Source: Octopus sinensis (lineage: Eukaryota). From it: a stretch of DNA of 64,000 nt. Positions within the stretch are counted from its first letter, which is position 1, and the number at the start of each line of letters is the position of its first letter. The notes under the pieces are model-generated. The model did not search any database and was not told where the DNA came from. It worked only from the letters and a program-made list of their open reading frames with translations. The translations under genes and the position numbers were made by a program. The DNA is taken from positions 13,330,001-13,394,000 of the forward strand of contig NC_043025.1 in NCBI RefSeq assembly GCF_006345805.1. Direction: 5' to 3'. Of the stretch, positions 58,842 to 64,000 are shown one piece after another.

Positions 58842-59499
58842 GCGGTTATATGGGGTGCTTAAACCAGATTTCTTCCACTCCACACACAACGTACAGGCTT
58901 GCACAAGGTACCACGTAGCGGGATCGAATCTAGCCGTCGGACATGACTTACACGCCCGAGAAGTGAACACCTCAAATCACACATTCGTGCCTACACCTTT
59001 ATCCATAGGAACATTTATCAACAGGATCCATCATTCAAACCTTGAATCTTCCCTTCTGCCCAGCATCCTGGGAAAGATAAAAAATAATAATGTTGACGTC
59101 GACAGGATTCGAACTCAGAACGTGTTAAACAGCACAAGGTTTCTTTTCTTGTTTTTCTTTTCGGTTCTGCTGCTTCCAGGAATCCTATGTTCTGGCTGCT
59201 ATGTTTAGCTTTCACAGATTCTTGTAGATTTGACCCGTTATATAAGAGAAAACGTTAATTTGACTTTTGCCAGACTCGGATACATCACCTGTTGTTTAGA
59301 GCTTGTAGAACCTGTTGTCAAAGCTATCCAGCCAACCGTGACCATCCCGTTTACTTATTTATTTATTCTTTTCTTTTCTAGTCTTACATTATCCATTGTT
59401 TAAGACGGTAGGAGGGAAATTCTTTTAGTGCTGCTATTTCTAGCAAATTGAGTGATTCACACACAGGTTCCCCCACGTTGGATTTGGCAGAGGCAGAGG

Positions 59500-59621
59500 A
59501 GAGAGAGAGAGAGATACAGAGAAAAACGAAGAGAGAGAGAGAGAGATACAGAGAAAAACGAAGAGAGAGAGAGAGATACAGAGAGAAACGAAGGGAGAGA
59601 GAGAGATACAGAGAAAAACAA

Positions 59622-59652
<31 letters not shown>

Positions 59653-59735
59653 GAAAAACGAAGAGGGAGAGAGAGAAACAGAGAGCGATACAGAGAAAAA
59701 GGAAGAGATAGAGAGAGAGAGAGAGACAAAGCGAT
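59500..59735 (+). repeat. AG-rich minisatellite (GAGAGAGAGATACAGAGAAAAACGAA-like units)
   Basis: Direct reading. Confidence 0.85.
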
Positions 59736-59795
59736 GGAGAACGCGCGCGCACGCACAGGTGAATATGACAACAAAGAAGAGATGCAAAGACTTAC

Positions 59796-59950
59796 TTTGT
59801 ATTCCTTTACGAGATAACGAAATAACCGAATGAAGTGTTCGTTTATGAATGTCCGAATGCGAATGAGAGTCTGACAAACTTTCTGCTCTCAGTCTCGCCT
59901 CAAATTAGCAGCAGCAGCGACGACGGCTTTCCAGCCTCTCTATTTCTCTC
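59796..59950 (-). promoter_or_regulatory. Candidate non-coding first exon of STEAP with 5' splice donor
   Basis: Unique, CpG-containing, ATG-free segment ending GGAATACAAA|GTAAGT (donor at 59795); upstream boundary uncertain. Confidence 0.5.
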
Positions 59951-60067
59951 TATCTCTCCCTCTTAATCTCTTAGACTCTCTCTATCTCTCATTATCTTTT
60001 ACCTTCTCTTTCTCTCCCGTCTTGCCTCTTGTTCTCTTCGCTTCTGTCTCCCCCCGTCTCTCTCTCA

Positions 60068-60545
60068 CTACCTTTCCTCTCTACCCATTTCTCCCCACTC
60101 TCTGACTATCTTTCCTCTCTACCCATTTCTCCCCACTCTCTCTCTCTCACTATCTTTCCTCTCTACCCAGTTTTCCCCCCTCTCTGACTATCTTTCCTCT
60201 CTACCCATTTCTCCCCACTCTCTCTCTCTCACTATCTTTCCTCTCTACCCAGTTCTCCCCCCTCTCTGACTATCTTTCCTCTCTACCCATTTCTCCCCAC
60301 TCTCTCTCTCTCACTATCTTTCCTCTCTACCCAGTTCTCCCCCCTCTCTGACTATCTTTCCTCTCTACCCATTTCTCCCCACTCTCTCTCTCTCACTATC
60401 TTTCCTCTCTACCCAGTTCTCCCCCGTCTCTGACTATCTTTCCTCTCTACCCATTTCTCCCTCCCCCTCTCTCTCTCTTTGAATATCTTTCCTCTCTACC
60501 CAGTTCTCCCCCTCTCTCTCACTATCTTTCCTCTCTACCCACTTC
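60068..60545 (+). repeat. CT-rich minisatellite, alternating ~38- and ~44-nt units
   Basis: CTATCTTTCCTCTCTACCCA(T/G)TTCTCCCC... Confidence 0.9.
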
Positions 60546-60760
60546 TTCCTCCCACTCTCTGTCTCACTCAAACTAAAAGGGGTACGAATGATAATAAATA
60601 ACGCTAGATCAGACATCTTGTGCGATCGCATCTACGACTGCCATCTTACTACAGACAGTGTTACATGTACTTTAAAAACTCAATCAAAAGCGAAGATCGA
60701 AGAATGATTACGGCTTCTTTCAATATTATTTCTTCTGGCATTTTTTTTCCTATTTCAATA

Positions 60761-61695
60761 TTTTCCCCACTGAACTCCCTTGATCACCTGAAGAATCGCC
60801 AACCGCGCCCACAATGAATATAAAAGTTCTTTAATTAAGATACGATAATATATATATATATATACACATGCGTGTGTGTGTGTGTGTGTGTGTGTGTCTT
60901 TACATTTACGTTTGTCCCCCAACCGGTGTTTGTTTGTTTATGTCCCCGTTGTTGGTTTTCCCACTGAACTCCCTGAATCACCTGAAGTATCGCCAACGGT
61001 GCCCACAATGAATATAAAAGTTCTTTGATTAAGATACGATAATAAATAGACACATGCGTGTGTGTGTGTGTGTGTGTGTGTCTTTGCATTTATGTTTGTC
61101 CCCCAACCGGTGTTTGTTTGTTTATGTCCCCGTTGTTGGTTTTTCCCACTGAACTCCCTGAATCACCTGAAGTATCGCCAACGGTGCCCACAATGAATAT
61201 AAAAGTTCTTTGATTAAGATACGATAATAAATAGACACATGCGTGTGTGTGTGTGTGTGTGTGTGTGTCTTTGCATTTATGTTTGTCCCCCAACCGGTGT
61301 TTGTTTGTTTATGTCCCCGTTGTTGGTTTTCCCACTGAACTCCCTGAATCACCTGAAGTATCGCCAACGGTGCCCACAATGAATATAAAAGTTCTTTGAT
61401 TAAGATACGATAATAAATAGACACATGTGTGTGTGTGTGTGTGTGTGTCTTTGCATTTATGTTTGTCCCCCAACCGGTGTTTGTTTGTTTATGTCCCCGT
61501 TGTTGGTTTTCCCACTGAACTCCCTGAATCACCTGAAGTATCGCCAACCGCACCCACAATAAATATAAAAGTTCTTTAATTAAGATACGATAATAAATAG
61601 ACACATGCGCGTGCGTGTGTGTGTGTGTGTGTGTGTCTTTGCATTTACGTTTGTCCCCCCAACCGGTGTTTGTTTGTTTATGTCCCCATTGTTGG
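60761..61695 (+). repeat. Five-unit ~185-bp tandem array containing a SINE-A-like (GT)n linker segment
   Basis: Unit starts near 60761, 60956, 61140, 61327 and 61507; last unit runs into a SINE-like tail. Confidence 0.9.
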
Positions 61696-62145
61696 TTTGT
61701 TTATGTCCCCGTAACTTAGCGGTTCAGCAAAAGAAACCGATAGGAAAAGTACCAGATATTAAAAAAAAAAAAAATTTAAAAAATAAGGGCGATGGGGCAA
61801 CTGTTTGTTTTGTTATACAAATTGTCTTGGGAACTTTTTTCTCTAAACCTCACAAAGCCTGTCGTTTTCTGGGTCAGATAATAGCTGATTTCTTGAAAGA
61901 GAGAGTGGGAAATTGAAGAAAAATTGACCCAGTTCTTGACCTGTACTTAAATGAAAAGCGAAGTTGACCTTGGTGAGATTTCAGTTCATAATGCAGAGAG
62001 CCTTACAATACCGTAAATCCTCGAGTATAGTCTACCCTTGAGTATAATACGCAGGGGATTTTTTAGGTGGGTGAGTAGCTCGCCTATGATGTTGACACCG
62101 CCTTGCCAGTCGATGCCTCTGATGATCTGCTAGAGATATTCTTTT

Positions 62146-62364
62146 CTTTTTTTTTCTTTTACTTGTTTCAGTCATGTGACTGTGGCCATACTGGAGCACC
62201 ACCTTTAGTCGAGCAAATCGACCCCAGGACTTATTCTTTTTTAAGCCCAGTACTTATTCTATCGGTCTCTTTTGCCGAACCGCTAAGTGACGGGGACGTA
62301 AACACACCAGCATCGGTTGTCAAGCAATGCTAGGGCGACAAACACAGACACACAAACACACACA

Positions 62365-62404
<40 letters not shown>

Positions 62405-62744
62405 TACGATGAGGTTCTTTCAGTTTCCGTCTAACAATCCACTCACAAGGCGTTGGTCAGCCCGGGGCTATAGCAGAAGACACTTGCCCAAGATGCCACG
62501 CAGTGGGACTGAACCCGGAACCATGTGGTTGGTTAGCAAGCTACTTACCACACAGCCACTCCTGCGCCTATACATATATACGACAGGCTTCTTTCAGTTT
62601 CCGTCTACCAAATCCACTCACAAGGCATTGGTCGGCCTGGGGCTATAGCAGAAGACACTTGCCCAAGATGCCACGCAGTGGGACTGAACCCGGAACCATG
62701 TGGTTGGTTAGCAAGCTACTTACCACACAGCCACTCCTGCGCCT
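62146..62744 (-). mobile_element. SINE family A with a tandemly duplicated 5' half
   Basis: Full copy 62146-62569, second head 62570-62744. Confidence 0.88.
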
Positions 62745-62748
62745 ATAT

Positions 62749-62905
62749 GCGGTGAAGAGTTTTGGAGAGATCGTATCTCCTTGCTTCACTCCCTTCTCGA
62801 CAGGCACTCATACGGAAGGTCTCCACGACAGTGGAGTTACGATTTCAGGAGGGCGATTGGGATTACGTGGATGAGAAAGGCGCGATCCAGAGAGGAGGTG
62901 GTCAA
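62749..62905. mobile_element. RTE fragment with 5' inversion
   Basis: 62749-62811 (-) reads VPVEKGVKQGDTISPKLFTA; the following + strand reads GRSPRQWSYDFRRAIGITWMRKARSREE. Confidence 0.72.
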
Positions 62906-62965
62906 GGTGATATGTTCAAACTGGCCAGATCCGGCCTTTCACATACTATTACAATGCACACCTGC

Positions 62966-63230
62966 ATATCATCATCATCGTTTAACGTCCGCTTTTCATG
63001 CTAGCATGGGTTGGACGATTTTGACTGAGGGCTGACAAACCAGATGGCTGCACCAGGCTCCAATCTTGATCTGGCAGTGTTTCTACAGCTGGATGCCCTT
63101 CCTAACGCCAACCACTCCAAGAGTGTAGTGGGTGCTTTTTACGTGCCACCGGCACAGGGGGCCAGTCAGGCAGTACTGGCAACGACCTCGCTCAAATCTT
63201 TTTACACATGCCACCGGCACAGAGGGCAGG
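62966..63230 (-). mobile_element. RTE 3' UTR fragment
   Basis: (CAT)n tail and UTR match. Confidence 0.8.
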
Positions 63231-63660
63231 TGTAAGAGGCTGGATCTGGTTGATTTGAACATAAAACAGGTAGTATATTCGGGCCATATTTGACCAGTTG
63301 AAATGTGAAAGGGTTAAAGTGGTTTTGTAAGGGAAAATGTATGATTCTGTGTATATAAGTACAATATTTTGACAATTTAATGGGACAGAGAATCAAACCA
63401 TTAATTTAACAAAGATAAACTACATCACATGAGTATCTTATTTCAACTTTATCTTCTTTTAGATCAATGTATAATTTTGGTCAAGAGAATTTGGATAATT
63501 AAAAGACTGTCTCTTGAAGGCAACACAGTCATTACATAATGCAATAATCGTATCAGGTACAAGATATGCATTCCGGGGCAAGGAGGTACGATGGGCGAAT
63601 GTGACCCCTTCACATGGTTGTGAATGTACTATTAAGTAATAGTTCATACGTTGATGCTCG

Positions 63661-64000
63661 CATCATCATTATCATCATCATTTAACGTCCATCTTCCAAG
63701 CTAGCACAAGAGCTGGCCAGGCTGAAGCCTGCATCAGACTATTTTGGCAAGATTTTTGCAGCTGGGATGCCTTTCCTATCACCAACCATTCAGCAGAGTG
63801 GACTTAGTGCTTTTTATGTGGCACAAGCACAGGTGAGGTGAGTAGTCCTTTTTACGTGGCACAGGTGAGGTCAGTTTTGGCAAGGTTTTTACTGCTGGAT
63901 GTCCTTCACAACACCAACCACTCAGCTGAGTGGACTTAGTGCTTTTTATGTGGTAGAAGCACAGGTGAGGTCAGTTTTGGTAAGGTTTTTACAGCTGGAT
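63661..64000 (-). mobile_element. Older, diverged RTE 3' UTR fragment with internal repeats
   Basis: (CAT)n-TTAACGTCCATCTTCCAAGCTAGCA... Confidence 0.65.

Larger units (their letters stand above)
55771..59449. repeat. Inverted duplication (arms 55771-56640 and 59026-59449) bracketing a tandem array
   Basis: About 420 bp of reverse-complement similarity; left arm carries an extra SINE. Confidence 0.88.

Overview
Repeat-saturated, AT-rich animal genomic DNA. The SINE families and microsatellite density point to a cephalopod, probably Octopus (inference). Only two credible protein-coding regions exist, and they are convergent: a single-exon class A peptide-receptor-like GPCR (27453-28523, +) and a STEAP metalloreductase (42076-43482, -). 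A candidate non-coding first exon for STEAP lies about 16 kb upstream (59796-~59950). Almost all other ORFs in the track are microsatellite or transposon artefacts. The rest of the window is tRNA-derived SINEs (at least 4 families), RTE, CR1 and R4-like LINE fragments, mariner, maT, hAT, piggyBac and Tc1 MITEs, five co-oriented non-autonomous Helitrons, and several satellites. The main hidden signal is about a dozen complete or decayed type I hammerhead ribozyme motifs plus several half-motifs. They come from at least 6 unrelated sequence families and sit in short non-coding cassettes that abut (TA)n or (CTAT)n microsatellites, often as inverted (fold-back) pairs. This resembles Penelope-like element (PLE) terminal-repeat ribozymes, but no PLE ORF is visible. 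The set includes an intact, heavily structured RNA cassette (46650-46929), a compensatory U3:A8 core variant (47929-47976), a 38-nt U4C minimal ribozyme and a recurrent A6U lineage. All folds were read by eye; no ribozyme activity has been tested.
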